DNA of 64,000 bases from Candidatus Omnitrophota bacterium (GTDB lineage Bacteria > Omnitrophota > Gorgyraeia > Zapsychrales > Zapsychraceae), in contig JAJDCB010000006.1 of assembly GCA_029261065.1 (NCBI GenBank), forward strand, positions 64,284 through 128,283. Reading direction: 5' to 3'. The notes beneath the pieces are model-generated. The model was not told the DNA's origin. It saw nothing but the letters and a program-made list of their open reading frames with translations, and searched no databases. Below, piece by piece: positions 1-10,132 of the stretch. The position numbers and the translations under genes are program-made. Position 1 is the first letter of the stretch. Every line of letters starts with the position of its first letter.

Positions 1-128
1 ATTAAAGTATGCTCTATAAAAAAGGGAACGTCAAGCTAGGGTAAAGGGGGGCAAAATAGGAGGATTTAGAGAAGATTTAGTGTATAAATTATATTTTTCT
101 CGATCATAAGTATATACATATCAACAGT

Positions 129-1016
129 TTAAGAATTTTTCATTTGATTACTATTTGTGTTAGCCTGACTGATCACTTGGATCATCCCACCAGCAAATAT
201 AATAACACAACCCATGGATTGAAATAATGTCAGCCGTTCAGAATACAGACCAAATCCGATCAAAGAGGCCACTAACGGCTCAATATAGGAAATGGTACCA
301 TACTCTATCGTTTTTAGATGTTTTAAAGCGAGAATGATCAATGTAAAGCTCAAAAATCCATGAAAAAAGCCAATAGCCATTAACCAACAACCATCTTTTA
401 CGGTTATGTTAAAAATAGAAGCATCCAAAAATGGTAACATCATAATGGTGCCTGCTAAAAGCTGATAAAAAGAACGCGTTAATGTCGGGATGTCCTCTGG
501 TATTTTACGATTCAAAATGATATATAAGGCATAACACATCGCTGAAATGATGCCCCATAAATAACCACCTGAAGCGTTGATATCAAAAGAAAATTTAAAC
601 TCTAGAAGAAATAAAAAACCTATAAAGGCGAGTAAAAGTAGACCTGCATTAAGATAAGTAAATTTTTCCTTTAATAAAATTGAGGCTAAGCCAACAGCCA
701 AAAGAGGTCCAAGATATAAAAGGAAAACGGCATTGGCCAAAGGTCCACTATTAATGGCATTGATATAACACACACTTGTCGTAGCCAATAACATGCCTGT
801 TGCTGTAAGAGAAAAAGGAAATTTAATTATCTTAACACTTTTGATTTCACCTCTAAGAGACAAAAACACTATTAAGAATACTAATCCGAACCCTAATCTA
901 GCAAATGTAATGATGTAACCATTGGCCGAAATATTTCTTACAAAAATACCTACAGCACCTAAAAACAATGTCGATAAAATGGCGGCCGTATATCCTATTA
1001 ATTTTTTATTCCTCAC
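129..1016 (-). CDS. EamA/DMT-superfamily transporter (10-TM drug/metabolite exporter family)
   Basis: 295 aa, highly hydrophobic, two repeated 5-TM halves typical of EamA domains. Confidence 0.6.
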   Translation of the reverse strand: MRNKKLIGYTAAILSTLFLGAVGIFVRNISANGYIITFARLGFGLVFLIVFLSLRGEIKSVKIIKFPFSLTATGMLLATTSVCYINAINSGPLANAVFLLYLGPLLAVGLASILLKEKFTYLNAGLLLLAFIGFLFLLEFKFSFDINASGGYLWGIISAMCYALYIILNRKIPEDIPTLTRSFYQLLAGTIMMLPFLDASIFNITVKDGCWLMAIGFFHGFLSFTLIILALKHLKTIEYGTISYIEPLVASLIGFGLYSERLTLFQSMGCVIIFAGGMIQVISQANTNSNQMKNS

Positions 1017-1040
1017 AACTTTTCCTCAAATCTTATTTCT

Positions 1041-1595
1041 TTAATTGGTTGGATGATATACTTGATCCAGAAACTTTCCCCAACCCTTGTTATAGGGATG
1101 AACTTCCTGAACAATCATGTCATAACGAAAAACAGCTCGCCCTTCATTAGCCCATGCAAAGATTGATCCTTCAAGATTTGAAACGTTGGTGTATCCTTGG
1201 GATCGCAACTCTCGTGCTAAAACAGCAGAACGATACCCCACCGAACAATACATGACAATAGGTTTTGACGAATCAATGCCTTTAAGCACACGCTTTATTT
1301 CGCCTCTAGATTCTAGCAGTCGTGCACCTTCTAAATGACTTATATCATATTCTTCTTTCGATCTAGAATCTATAAGAAGCGGGGGTTCTTTGGTAGGATC
1401 TTTTAACCAGGAGGATAACTCTTTTGTAGAGATATGTGAAACATCCGCATACTCGAGCTTTATCTTTTCTATGACCTGATTTAAATTTTGTTGAGAAAAG
1501 CTTTCTGCCCGCCAGAATATAAAAACAATTGCGCACAATAAAAAAATAAGACTAATGCGCACCCTATTGCCTAAAAAACGAGTTTTTCTTTTCAT
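1041..1595 (-). CDS. Rhodanese-domain sulfurtransferase (secreted or membrane-anchored)
   Basis: N-terminal hydrophobic segment; catalytic loop MYCSVGYRS matches the rhodanese CxxGxR active-site cysteine motif. Confidence 0.7.
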   Translation of the reverse strand: MKRKTRFLGNRVRISLIFLLCAIVFIFWRAESFSQQNLNQVIEKIKLEYADVSHISTKELSSWLKDPTKEPPLLIDSRSKEEYDISHLEGARLLESRGEIKRVLKGIDSSKPIVMYCSVGYRSAVLARELRSQGYTNVSNLEGSIFAWANEGRAVFRYDMIVQEVHPYNKGWGKFLDQVYHPTN

Positions 1596-1614
1596 CGAAG
1601 ACGGTTATTTGGAA

Positions 1615-2223
1615 TTAGTTATTAGACGTTTTAATTTTTGAACACAGATAGGTATAATAATTTTTCATAGCCATAATCACAAATACCAAATACAATTGGG
1701 CTGCCACCAACTCTCCTATCTCGGTTGGGAAAAACCGATCTTTGGTATCAATGGATGAAAAAGCTTGCAGGCAGACACCTATAAAAAGAAACTTTTGGGA
1801 ATGTCCTTCTTTTTTTAAATAGGCGCTCATATATATGATGAAAATGCCTGTCAAAAGAGCAAGAACCATCGGAATGATGTCAGCCAATATTTGAAGGCTC
1901 TTCCAAGCAAAGAAGATATTGTGTAAATCAAATATTTCGCCCAACGATCCCATGAAAAAACCAAAAGATAACAATAACCATATGCCATTTTTGTTGTGCT
2001 GAGTTTGTTTTAATCGGTCAACTTGGTTTGATAATACAAACACAATCAAAGATAACGCCGATGCGATAAACAAGAAAGCCGAAGTAAAAAAATCTCCTAT
2101 AAATCCTTCCATAATGGCTCGACTCTGTCGGCGAAGAAAGGGTTCAAAAATACGAAATTCTTCCTGACCGAAATAGATCCAGACACTCAGAGCTATACTC
2201 ATATAAATTAATTTTCTCATCAT
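1615..2223 (-). CDS. Integral membrane protein, unknown function
   Basis: 202 aa with multiple predicted TM helices; no recognisable motif. Confidence 0.4.
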   Translation of the reverse strand: MMRKLIYMSIALSVWIYFGQEEFRIFEPFLRRQSRAIMEGFIGDFFTSAFLFIASALSLIVFVLSNQVDRLKQTQHNKNGIWLLLSFGFFMGSLGEIFDLHNIFFAWKSLQILADIIPMVLALLTGIFIIYMSAYLKKEGHSQKFLFIGVCLQAFSSIDTKDRFFPTEIGELVAAQLYLVFVIMAMKNYYTYLCSKIKTSNN

Positions 2224-2242
2224 ATTTTGAAAATGGCTGTTG

Positions 2243-3412
2243 TTATTTTTTTACTGCAGAGACAATGTTTTCCACATAATTTTTGTCTAAAATATTTGGC
2301 AAGACTTTATCTCTCGATAACTTGTCAACGCTCTGGGCTAAAGCATAGGCCGCAGCGACTTTCATCTCTCTCGTAATCTGTGGAGCTTTAGCTCCAAGCG
2401 CGCCTTTAAAAACACCAGGAAATACTAAGGCATTGTTCACTTGATTCGGATAATCGCTACGTCCTGTTCCGATAATAAAAGCTCCGGCTTTCTCAGCGTC
2501 CTTTGGGTCTATCTCAGGGGTTGGATTGGCCATGGCAAACACGATTGGTTTCTCACCCATGCTTTTAATCATCTCTTGTGTTACCACATTTCCAACACTT
2601 ACACCGATAAAAACATCAGCCTCTTTAATCGCGTCTGATAATAGACCTTTAACATTCTTACGATTCGTCAATCGAGCAAGTTTCTTTTTACTAAAGTCGG
2701 TGGCAATATCTTTTCTGGAATGAGAAATGATTCCCTTTGAATCACACACTAATAATTGTTTAACCGGTTGGCACACGTCCTTTTCTTGCCCCACACATAA
2801 AAGCAATTCAGCTATCGCTGTTCCGGCGGCCCCCGCACCGTTGATCACAACCTTTAATTCGCCAAGTTCCTTGCCTGCTAACTTAGCCGCATTAATTAAA
2901 GCCGCTAAAAGAACAATCGCCGTCCCATGCTGATCATCATGAAAAACGGGAATGCCTATATCTTGAAGAGATCCTTCAATCTCAAAGCATCGAGGTGCTG
3001 CGATATCTTCTAAATTAATCCCAGCAAATCCTGGAGCAATATTTTTAACGATGTTAATTATTTCAAACGCATTTTGCGTATTTAAACAAATGGGTACCGC
3101 ATTAATTCCGGCAAATTCTTTAAAGATCATGGCCTTGCCTTCCATAACAGGCAACGCCGCTTCAGGTCCAATATTACCCAAACCTAACACTGCAGAACCA
3201 TCCGTCACAATAGCGATCGTATCTTTCTTCATCGTCAATTCATAGGCACGTGCGGGATCTTTGTGGATAATCCTGCAAACTTCCGCCACACCTGGTGTAT
3301 AAACAAGAGAAAGCTCTTTCATCGTTTTAAGAGGCACTTTTGAATTAATACTTAACTTCCCACCTAACTTCTGATGATATTTAACAGACTCTTTATAAAT
3401 ATCCAATGGCAA
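2243..3412 (-). CDS. NAD(P)-dependent malic enzyme (short ~390-aa form)
   Basis: N-terminal LSLVYTPGVAEVC signature and Rossmann GAGAAG motif of malic enzymes. Confidence 0.85.
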   Translation of the reverse strand: MPLDIYKESVKYHQKLGGKLSINSKVPLKTMKELSLVYTPGVAEVCRIIHKDPARAYELTMKKDTIAIVTDGSAVLGLGNIGPEAALPVMEGKAMIFKEFAGINAVPICLNTQNAFEIINIVKNIAPGFAGINLEDIAAPRCFEIEGSLQDIGIPVFHDDQHGTAIVLLAALINAAKLAGKELGELKVVINGAGAAGTAIAELLLCVGQEKDVCQPVKQLLVCDSKGIISHSRKDIATDFSKKKLARLTNRKNVKGLLSDAIKEADVFIGVSVGNVVTQEMIKSMGEKPIVFAMANPTPEIDPKDAEKAGAFIIGTGRSDYPNQVNNALVFPGVFKGALGAKAPQITREMKVAAAYALAQSVDKLSRDKVLPNILDKNYVENIVSAVKK

Positions 3413-3449
3413 CTCCTTTTAGTTTCTACACGATAAGATATAAATTTCT

Positions 3450-4244
3450 CTATTGTGAAATTTGTTTATTCCTATTTTCAATAAAGGCATGTTGTAAGGC
3501 GATATACGGATCAATAGCACTCTCAGTGATTCGCCCATAAGCGTCGCGCACATTGTAAGAATAGTTGTTAACTCGTTTTGCAACACTAACTCCTCTAAAG
3601 ACATCTTCTGGATAGACCTCATAAATAAAAAGCCATGTAAAAGGATTTAATGCGTAATCACCTACTAATCCAATAACCTCCCGACGTGTTGAGGGGCCAA
3701 TAATAGGCCAAACAATATAAGGACCAGCATCAACGTCATAAACCCCTAGTGTTTGTCCAAAATCTTCAGATTGTTGCTCGAGATTAAAGAGGCTTTCTGC
3801 GGGATTAAACAAACCGCCTATTCCCAGAGTAGAATTAATTAATAAACGTTCTAATTCTATAAAGGCTGACTTAGGTTTTTTTTGAAAAAGATTGTTAAAA
3901 AATCTTTTAGGCGTACCAACGAATTGGGCAAAGTTATTGATGCTTCCCTGTACTTTTCTTGGCACTAAGAAATCATACCCCTTTGATAACGGAATAAATA
4001 CATTTTTATAGATCTTGTCGTTTATCTTAAACATAAATCTATTATATTTCTCAAATGGATCATTAATAATAAACGACTCTTCATTAACATCCCACTCTTC
4101 ATCTAACCTAAAATCAGAATCTTCACTATCAAAAGTAATTCCACTAATGGCCCCTCCTTGAGCAGAAGCCGACGTTTGAAAAGAGAAAATTGTCAGGAAC
4201 ACAAAAAAACCAAACACGAACATCTTAGCTCTTAAACATTCCAT
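3450..4244 (-). CDS. mlaA: MlaA/VacJ-family outer membrane lipid asymmetry protein
   Basis: Signal peptide; conserved DPFEKYNRFMFKFND...NLFQ region typical of VacJ/MlaA; last gene of the mla cluster. Confidence 0.75.
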   Translation of the reverse strand: MECLRAKMFVFGFFVFLTIFSFQTSASAQGGAISGITFDSEDSDFRLDEEWDVNEESFIINDPFEKYNRFMFKINDKIYKNVFIPLSKGYDFLVPRKVQGSINNFAQFVGTPKRFFNNLFQKKPKSAFIELERLLINSTLGIGGLFNPAESLFNLEQQSEDFGQTLGVYDVDAGPYIVWPIIGPSTRREVIGLVGDYALNPFTWLFIYEVYPEDVFRGVSVAKRVNNYSYNVRDAYGRITESAIDPYIALQHAFIENRNKQISQ

Positions 4245-4268
4245 AATATTCGCCCCTTATTTAAATAT

Positions 4269-4913
4269 TTATTTTACTTCAACAATTGCTTCTCTTTTTT
4301 CCATCAACTTCTCAAGAAGATCTTCAAAAGAGCCTTTAGATAAAAGGCTGTTAAATTGACTTCGATAGTTGCCGACCATGCTGACGCCCTCGATAATCAC
4401 ATCATAAATTTTCCACATACCAGCTACTTTATGCATGCTAAAATCGATGACGATTTTTTTCTGATCAACAGTAAAAAAATTTGTTTGAACTTTCCCTCGA
4501 TTTCCCCTCACAATCTCACGGATATAAACAATTTTTTCACCTTGGTAAGAATCAGACTTGCCTAAATAAATATCTCTTAATATGTCTCTAAATGTTTCGG
4601 CGAATTTTTGCTTTTGCTCTGAGTTCAAAGTAACCCAATGTCGACCAAGGGTTCTTTTCGATGTCTCCTCAAAATCAAACACAGGTTTAAGAGTGCCCCA
4701 CAATTTCTGCTTTCGTTCAACAGACTGATCCACTCCTTGCAATGATTCATCATGAAGAATTTTTAAAGCACGATCAATTGTTTCAACAACAACTTCTCCT
4801 GGTTCCTGAGCACAGGCGACATTAATCCCTACAAAAGTCATCATATAAATGAATAAGCAGGCCCCTATTATTTTTTTATTTTTTATATGTTTTTTGCCCA
4901 TAAATTTTTTCAT
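4269..4913 (-). CDS. mlaC: MlaC/Ttg2D-family periplasmic phospholipid-binding protein
   Basis: Signal peptide; central block RTLGRHWVTLNSEQKQKFAETFRDILRDIY resembles the MlaC toluene-tolerance family; operon context. Confidence 0.7.
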   Translation of the reverse strand: MKKFMGKKHIKNKKIIGACLFIYMMTFVGINVACAQEPGEVVVETIDRALKILHDESLQGVDQSVERKQKLWGTLKPVFDFEETSKRTLGRHWVTLNSEQKQKFAETFRDILRDIYLGKSDSYQGEKIVYIREIVRGNRGKVQTNFFTVDQKKIVIDFSMHKVAGMWKIYDVIIEGVSMVGNYRSQFNSLLSKGSFEDLLEKLMEKREAIVEVK

Positions 4914-5347
4914 TTTTCAATAACGATATTTTTTATGACAGATAATAAGTCAAAAGGCGGTTCCGTATCAAAAATGGCCTCACCTGCTTTCAGAGTATTT
5001 TCTGACCCTCCTGGAGTAATTTCAATATATTTTTCACCTAATATTCCATTTGTTTTAATAGAGGCAATCGCATCATCCTGAATTTTGACATCTTCTTTTA
5101 GCGATAAGGTCACAACCGCTTGAAAATCCTCAAGTTCAATCTTCTCGACTTTCCCAACACGAACACCCGCAATTTCGACGTTGGAATCTTCTTTTAATCC
5201 AGAGGCAGATGTAAAAAACGCTTGGACAGAATAATCATTCACGCCAAAAATTTCAACCTTACCGAGGTGAATTGACAAATAGACCATACAGATCAAACCA
5301 AGACACACGAAAAGGCCCACCATAATTTCAACATTGGATTTTTTCAT
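4910..5347 (-). CDS. mlaD: MlaD (MCE-domain) protein
   Basis: 145 aa, N-terminal TM anchor followed by an MCE-like beta-rich domain; 4-bp overlap with mlaC and position after mlaF. Confidence 0.75.
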   Translation of the reverse strand: MKKSNVEIMVGLFVCLGLICMVYLSIHLGKVEIFGVNDYSVQAFFTSASGLKEDSNVEIAGVRVGKVEKIELEDFQAVVTLSLKEDVKIQDDAIASIKTNGILGEKYIEITPGGSENTLKAGEAIFDTEPPFDLLSVIKNIVIEK

Positions 5348-5371
5348 TCATACCACCTTTATAAGAGTTTT

Positions 5372-6100
5372 TTATTCTAATTCTCCAGTAAGAAATTGCC
5401 GTACAATTGGATTCTTTGTTGCTTGTATCTCTTCTGGAGTTCCCGTTACTATTATTTTACCATCGTGAAGCATCGCAACACGATCTACAACTTTAAAAAT
5501 ACCAGGAATTTCATGGCTAACGATAAGGGCTGTTAATTTACGTCTTTTTTGAAGTGATCGAATAATTTTATAAATAGTAGCCGCAATAACTGGATCAAGC
5601 CCTGTTGTGGGCTCATCAAAAAAAATAATTTCAGGATTTAAAATCAAACACCGCGCTAAAGCCACACGCTTTCGCATACCGCCGCTAATTTGAGCAGGAT
5701 ACTTCTCTAGATCATTCTCAAGGCCAACATCTGTTAATTCTTTTAAAACTTTTTGTCTTATTTCCTTATCGCTAAGTTTTGTTTTTTCTTTTAAAGGAAA
5801 AGAAACATTTTCATAAACTGTCAAAGAATCGAATAAAGCTCCAAATTGAAAAACAATACCAATTCGGTCTTTTAAGTTTCCTAATTTTTTACCTTTTAAT
5901 TGACTCACATCCTGTTGATCAATAACAATTTTTCCGCTGTCTGGTTTAATAAGCCCAGAGATATTTTTTAGAAGAACAGATTTTCCCTTACCACTACCGC
6001 CAATCAAAGCGAGCGTTTCTCCTGCTTCAATCTTTAAATCAACACCTTTAAGAACGGTTTGATTTCCAAAACTTTTATATAAATTAGAAACTTCAATCAT
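5372..6100 (-). CDS. mlaF: ABC transporter ATP-binding protein MlaF
   Basis: Walker A GGSGKGKS, ABC signature LSGGMRKRVALAR, Walker B IIFFDEPT. Confidence 0.85.
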   Translation of the reverse strand: MIEVSNLYKSFGNQTVLKGVDLKIEAGETLALIGGSGKGKSVLLKNISGLIKPDSGKIVIDQQDVSQLKGKKLGNLKDRIGIVFQFGALFDSLTVYENVSFPLKEKTKLSDKEIRQKVLKELTDVGLENDLEKYPAQISGGMRKRVALARCLILNPEIIFFDEPTTGLDPVIAATIYKIIRSLQKRRKLTALIVSHEIPGIFKVVDRVAMLHDGKIIVTGTPEEIQATKNPIVRQFLTGELE

Positions 6101-6121
6101 AAATATATTCCACCCTAAAAT

Positions 6122-6961
6122 TTAAGTAAAAAGCGAAATTGAGGTAATAAAATAGTCACAAATAAGAACAGTAACCGAAGACATAACCACAGCTTCCGTC
6201 GTTGATTTACTGACACCCTGTGCCCCAAAACCAGAACCGTGGCCAGCATAAAAACCTTTGAAACAACATATCCAAGCAATCAGTAATCCAAAACTTAAGG
6301 ATTTTTGTAAACTAAGAATTAAATCACTAGCGGATATGGAATCGGCAATAGCGCCATAATAAACACCGCTCGATAAACCAGACAATTCGACACCAACTAA
6401 ATACCCTCCCCAAATTCCCATGACATTAAACAAAGCCGTTAGGATGGGCAATGATATAAGAGCCGCCCATAAATTAGGAATAACTAAATATTTATATGGG
6501 TTTAAATTCATGGCATCTAACGCATCAATCTGTTCCGACATGCGCATAATACCAATCTCCGCGGTTAACGCAGAACCTGCCCGTCCGATAACCATTAAAG
6601 CGGTGACAACAGGCCCTAATTCACGAATCAATGACATCGCCGTTATAGCACCCAATTTTGATTCAGCACCAAAAGAAACCAGAACATAAAACCCTTGAAG
6701 AGTCAAAACCATTCCGGTAAAGAGTCCTGTCAGGAGAATGACTAAGGTTGTTTTCACCCCAATAAAATGTATTTGTTTTACAACACGATGAAAGAGAAAA
6801 GGCGGGAAGAGCATATAATAGATAGAAATGCTCAAGAAATTTGCCATCTTGCCTAGTTCGTGAATAAAGGCAATGGTATTTTTTCCAATTAACTTAAAGG
6901 GATGGAACATATGAAATCTTAATTTGTATTTCCTTAATGGTATGACAAAAATATTATACAA
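6122..6961 (-). CDS. mlaE: ABC transporter permease MlaE
   Basis: Multi-TM permease with the conserved MlaE/Ttg2B core (GPVVTALMVIGRAGSALTAEIGIMRMSEQIDAL); the true start is probably an internal Met. Confidence 0.8.
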   Translation of the reverse strand: MYNIFVIPLRKYKLRFHMFHPFKLIGKNTIAFIHELGKMANFLSISIYYMLFPPFLFHRVVKQIHFIGVKTTLVILLTGLFTGMVLTLQGFYVLVSFGAESKLGAITAMSLIRELGPVVTALMVIGRAGSALTAEIGIMRMSEQIDALDAMNLNPYKYLVIPNLWAALISLPILTALFNVMGIWGGYLVGVELSGLSSGVYYGAIADSISASDLILSLQKSLSFGLLIAWICCFKGFYAGHGSGFGAQGVSKSTTEAVVMSSVTVLICDYFITSISLFT

Positions 6962-7013
6962 TAATATTTATACTCATTAATATATTTAAATTAAGATCAA
7001 AAAACTAGGATTA

Positions 7014-10000
7014 TTAGACTTCTTTTAAAGAAGGCGCAAACCACCCATAAAAGGCAGGCAAAGCCAATAACGTTAAAAATGTTGATGTGAAAAGCCCCCC
7101 AATAACAACCACCGCTAGGGGTCTTTGAATTTCTGATCCTGTTCCGCTTGAAAATACTAAGGGCAACAAACCTAATCCTGTCGTTAATGCTGTCATAAGC
7201 ACTGGTCTTAAACGCAATAAGGCCCCTTTGATAACTGTTTCATGGATTGAAAACCCCTCCGCTCTTAATTCATTAAAATATGTCACCAGAACTAGCCCAT
7301 TTTCTATAGCAATTCCAAAAAGAGCAATAAATCCAATGGAGGCAGGAACACTTAAGTTTAGATTAAATAATTTTAAGGAGATAATACCTCCTACCAAGGC
7401 TAAAGGAATATTGAGTAAGATCAAAAGGGCCATCTTCAAAGAATTAAATGACATAAACAGTAATAAAAATATTAACAATAACGTGACAGGAATAACAACT
7501 ATTAAACGTTTATTGGCTTGTTGTTGTAATTCGAACTGCCCTCCCCAATGAACAATATAACCAACAGGCAAATCAACTTGACTCTCTACTTTTTTCTGTG
7601 CTTCCTCAACAAATGTTCCAATATCACGACCACGCACATTACATTGAATGGTAATAAATCGTTGATTGTTCTCTCGACTAATTTGCCTTGGTCCAACAAC
7701 TGTTTTAATATCAGCCAACTGATCTAAAGGTATTTTTTGGCCACCTGGGGCATCCACCAACAAATTTTTTATCGCCTTAATATCTTTACGAAACTCTTTT
7801 TGAAACCTTGCATAGATAGCAAATTGTTTTTGCCCTTCATAAACAAGGCCAACTTCTTCTCCTCCGATTGCTACTTTAACAAGTTCTTGAACCTCCGACA
7901 CATTGATGCCGTAGCGTGCAATCTTTTCTCGATCAATAATAATCTGCACCTGAGGCTGTCCTGTGATTTGATCCACCTGTAAATCGGCAACCCCACGCAC
8001 ATCTTCAATGACCTCTTTTATTTCATCAGCCTTCTTCTTAAGAACCTCTAAATCAGAACCGAATAATTTAATGGCTAACTGTGCTTTAACACCAGAGACC
8101 AATTCATCAACAGCAACAGCAATGGGTTGGCTAAAATTAAGTTGAACTCCTGGAACTTGACCAACTTTCTCACTCATCTCCTCAACTAATTTCTCAGAAC
8201 TTATTTTTCGTTTCCATTTCTTTTGATCTTTTAACTCTATAAATATTTCCGAGTTATTGACCGGATCAGCATGAGCACCAATCTCTCCTCGTCCAATCCG
8301 TGATATGACATGCTTCACTTCATCAAACTTAAGAAACTCTTTCTCTAAAATGTTTACAACATTCACGGATTCTTTTAAAGATATACTTGGCGCCATAGTA
8401 GCCCTCACTAACATATCCCCTTCATTTAACTTAGGTATAAACTCTTTACCTAAAAACGGGAATATTACAAACCCTACGACTAATAGGACAACAGTAATCA
8501 GGACTGGAATTTTTTTGTGATGCACACACAACTTTAAGAAAGGTTCATACACTTTTTTTGCTTTCGCTATAATAAAATTTTCTTTTTCTTTTTTTCCATC
8601 TGACTTAATGATAAGAAAACACAAAGCAGGAGCCAATGTTAAAGAAAATATTAAAGATCCAACCATAGCAAAACTGATTGTATACGCTAAGGGTGTGAAC
8701 ATCTTTCCCTCAACGCCTTGAAGCGTAAAAAGCGGCAAGAAAACAATAATAATAATGGAGATGGCAAAGAAGATCGGTCGACTTACCTCATGACACGCCT
8801 CTCTAATAAGAGAACCTTTCTTTTCTAGTTTTGTTTTCTCTTCAAAAAAACGATAGACATTCTCAACGATAACAATAGAGGCATCCACCATCATTCCAAT
8901 ACCAATAGCTAATCCCCCCAAACTCATAAGGTTAGCTGAAATCCCCATATAACGCATACAAATGAATGCCCACAGAATAGAAAACGGTAAAGAAAGAACA
9001 ACAATCAAAGAGCTTCTCATATTACCCATAAAAAAGAACAATACTAAAGTAACCAAAACAATACCTTGAAACAATGCATTCTTAACTGTTGAGACACATT
9101 TTTCAACCAAATCGGCTTGATCATAATAAGGAACGAGCGTAACACCTTCTGGCAATATTTTATTGATCTCCCCTATCCGTTCCTTTACGGAATTAATAAC
9201 TTCTTGTGTATTTTCTCCAAATAATTTTAAAATAAAACCAATAACAATCTCACCCATACCATCTCTCGATGCTGTTCCTCTATTTATTTCTGCGCCAAAC
9301 TCAATATTAGCAACATCTCTTAAAAAGATAGGAGTATTCTCCTCTGTCTTTACAACAATCCCTTCTAAATCTTCTTTCGTCTCAACAAGACCAACACTAC
9401 GAACCAAAAACTCTTCTTCACCTTTTTCAAGAAATGACGCTCCAACATTTAAGTTATTTTCTTCTACAGCTGTAACAATATCGTGTAGACTTAAATCCCA
9501 TTTGATCATACGATTTGGATCGACCAACACTTGATACTGTTTTACTTCACCCCCAATACTTAATATTTCAGTAACGCCTGGTAATGTTTGTAAATTAAAC
9601 TTAATAATCCAATCTTGAATGGTTCGTAATTCCTTACCATCATATTCTGTCCCACCTTTGCTGAGCGCAGTCGAAGCATCTAGATAGTAAAATAACACCT
9701 GCCCCATTCCCGTCGTAATCGGGCCCATTGCAGGCTCTCCTAAACCTTCAGGTAAAGATTCTTTTGCTTGAGCTAAACGTTCTTGCACCAATTGCCTTGC
9801 AAAATAAATATTAACATCATCTTCAAAATAGATATTTACGATAGAAAGACCAAAATTTGAAACAGATCTAATTTTCTTAAGATCTGGCAAACCATTCATA
9901 GATACTTCGACTGGATAAGTAATGAGTTTTTCAACTTCTTGGGGAGCTAACCCTTCTGTTTCTGTAAAAACTTGAACAAGAGTTGGCGTAACATCAGGAA

Positions 10001-10118
10001 AGGCATCAATAGGTAAACTCTTAAAAGAAAATACTCCAAACACCATAATTAAAACGGCTGCAATGAAGACTAAGAGCCTTTGTTTTAAAGAAAAATCTAC
10101 AATTTTATTTATCATCAA
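7014..10118 (-). CDS. czcA: Heavy-metal efflux RND pump, CzcA/CusA (HME) family
   Basis: 1034 aa, 12-TM RND topology; N-terminal IDAFPDVTPTLVQVFTE...APQEVEKLITYPVE is the HME-RND signature; downstream of the czcC- and czcB-like genes. Confidence 0.8.
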   Translation of the reverse strand: MMINKIVDFSLKQRLLVFIAAVLIMVFGVFSFKSLPIDAFPDVTPTLVQVFTETEGLAPQEVEKLITYPVEVSMNGLPDLKKIRSVSNFGLSIVNIYFEDDVNIYFARQLVQERLAQAKESLPEGLGEPAMGPITTGMGQVLFYYLDASTALSKGGTEYDGKELRTIQDWIIKFNLQTLPGVTEILSIGGEVKQYQVLVDPNRMIKWDLSLHDIVTAVEENNLNVGASFLEKGEEEFLVRSVGLVETKEDLEGIVVKTEENTPIFLRDVANIEFGAEINRGTASRDGMGEIVIGFILKLFGENTQEVINSVKERIGEINKILPEGVTLVPYYDQADLVEKCVSTVKNALFQGIVLVTLVLFFFMGNMRSSLIVVLSLPFSILWAFICMRYMGISANLMSLGGLAIGIGMMVDASIVIVENVYRFFEEKTKLEKKGSLIREACHEVSRPIFFAISIIIIVFLPLFTLQGVEGKMFTPLAYTISFAMVGSLIFSLTLAPALCFLIIKSDGKKEKENFIIAKAKKVYEPFLKLCVHHKKIPVLITVVLLVVGFVIFPFLGKEFIPKLNEGDMLVRATMAPSISLKESVNVVNILEKEFLKFDEVKHVISRIGRGEIGAHADPVNNSEIFIELKDQKKWKRKISSEKLVEEMSEKVGQVPGVQLNFSQPIAVAVDELVSGVKAQLAIKLFGSDLEVLKKKADEIKEVIEDVRGVADLQVDQITGQPQVQIIIDREKIARYGINVSEVQELVKVAIGGEEVGLVYEGQKQFAIYARFQKEFRKDIKAIKNLLVDAPGGQKIPLDQLADIKTVVGPRQISRENNQRFITIQCNVRGRDIGTFVEEAQKKVESQVDLPVGYIVHWGGQFELQQQANKRLIVVIPVTLLLIFLLLFMSFNSLKMALLILLNIPLALVGGIISLKLFNLNLSVPASIGFIALFGIAIENGLVLVTYFNELRAEGFSIHETVIKGALLRLRPVLMTALTTGLGLLPLVFSSGTGSEIQRPLAVVVIGGLFTSTFLTLLALPAFYGWFAPSLKEV

Positions 10119-10132
10119 AAATCTCCCATTAT

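Noticed and set aside
2441-3245. Several 64-68-aa plus-strand ORFs inside the malic enzyme gene, and similar antisense ORFs inside the RND, ppc, sensor kinase and helicase genes
   Set aside because: They lie entirely antisense within well-supported longer CDSs and show no motifs. They are typical spurious ORFs.
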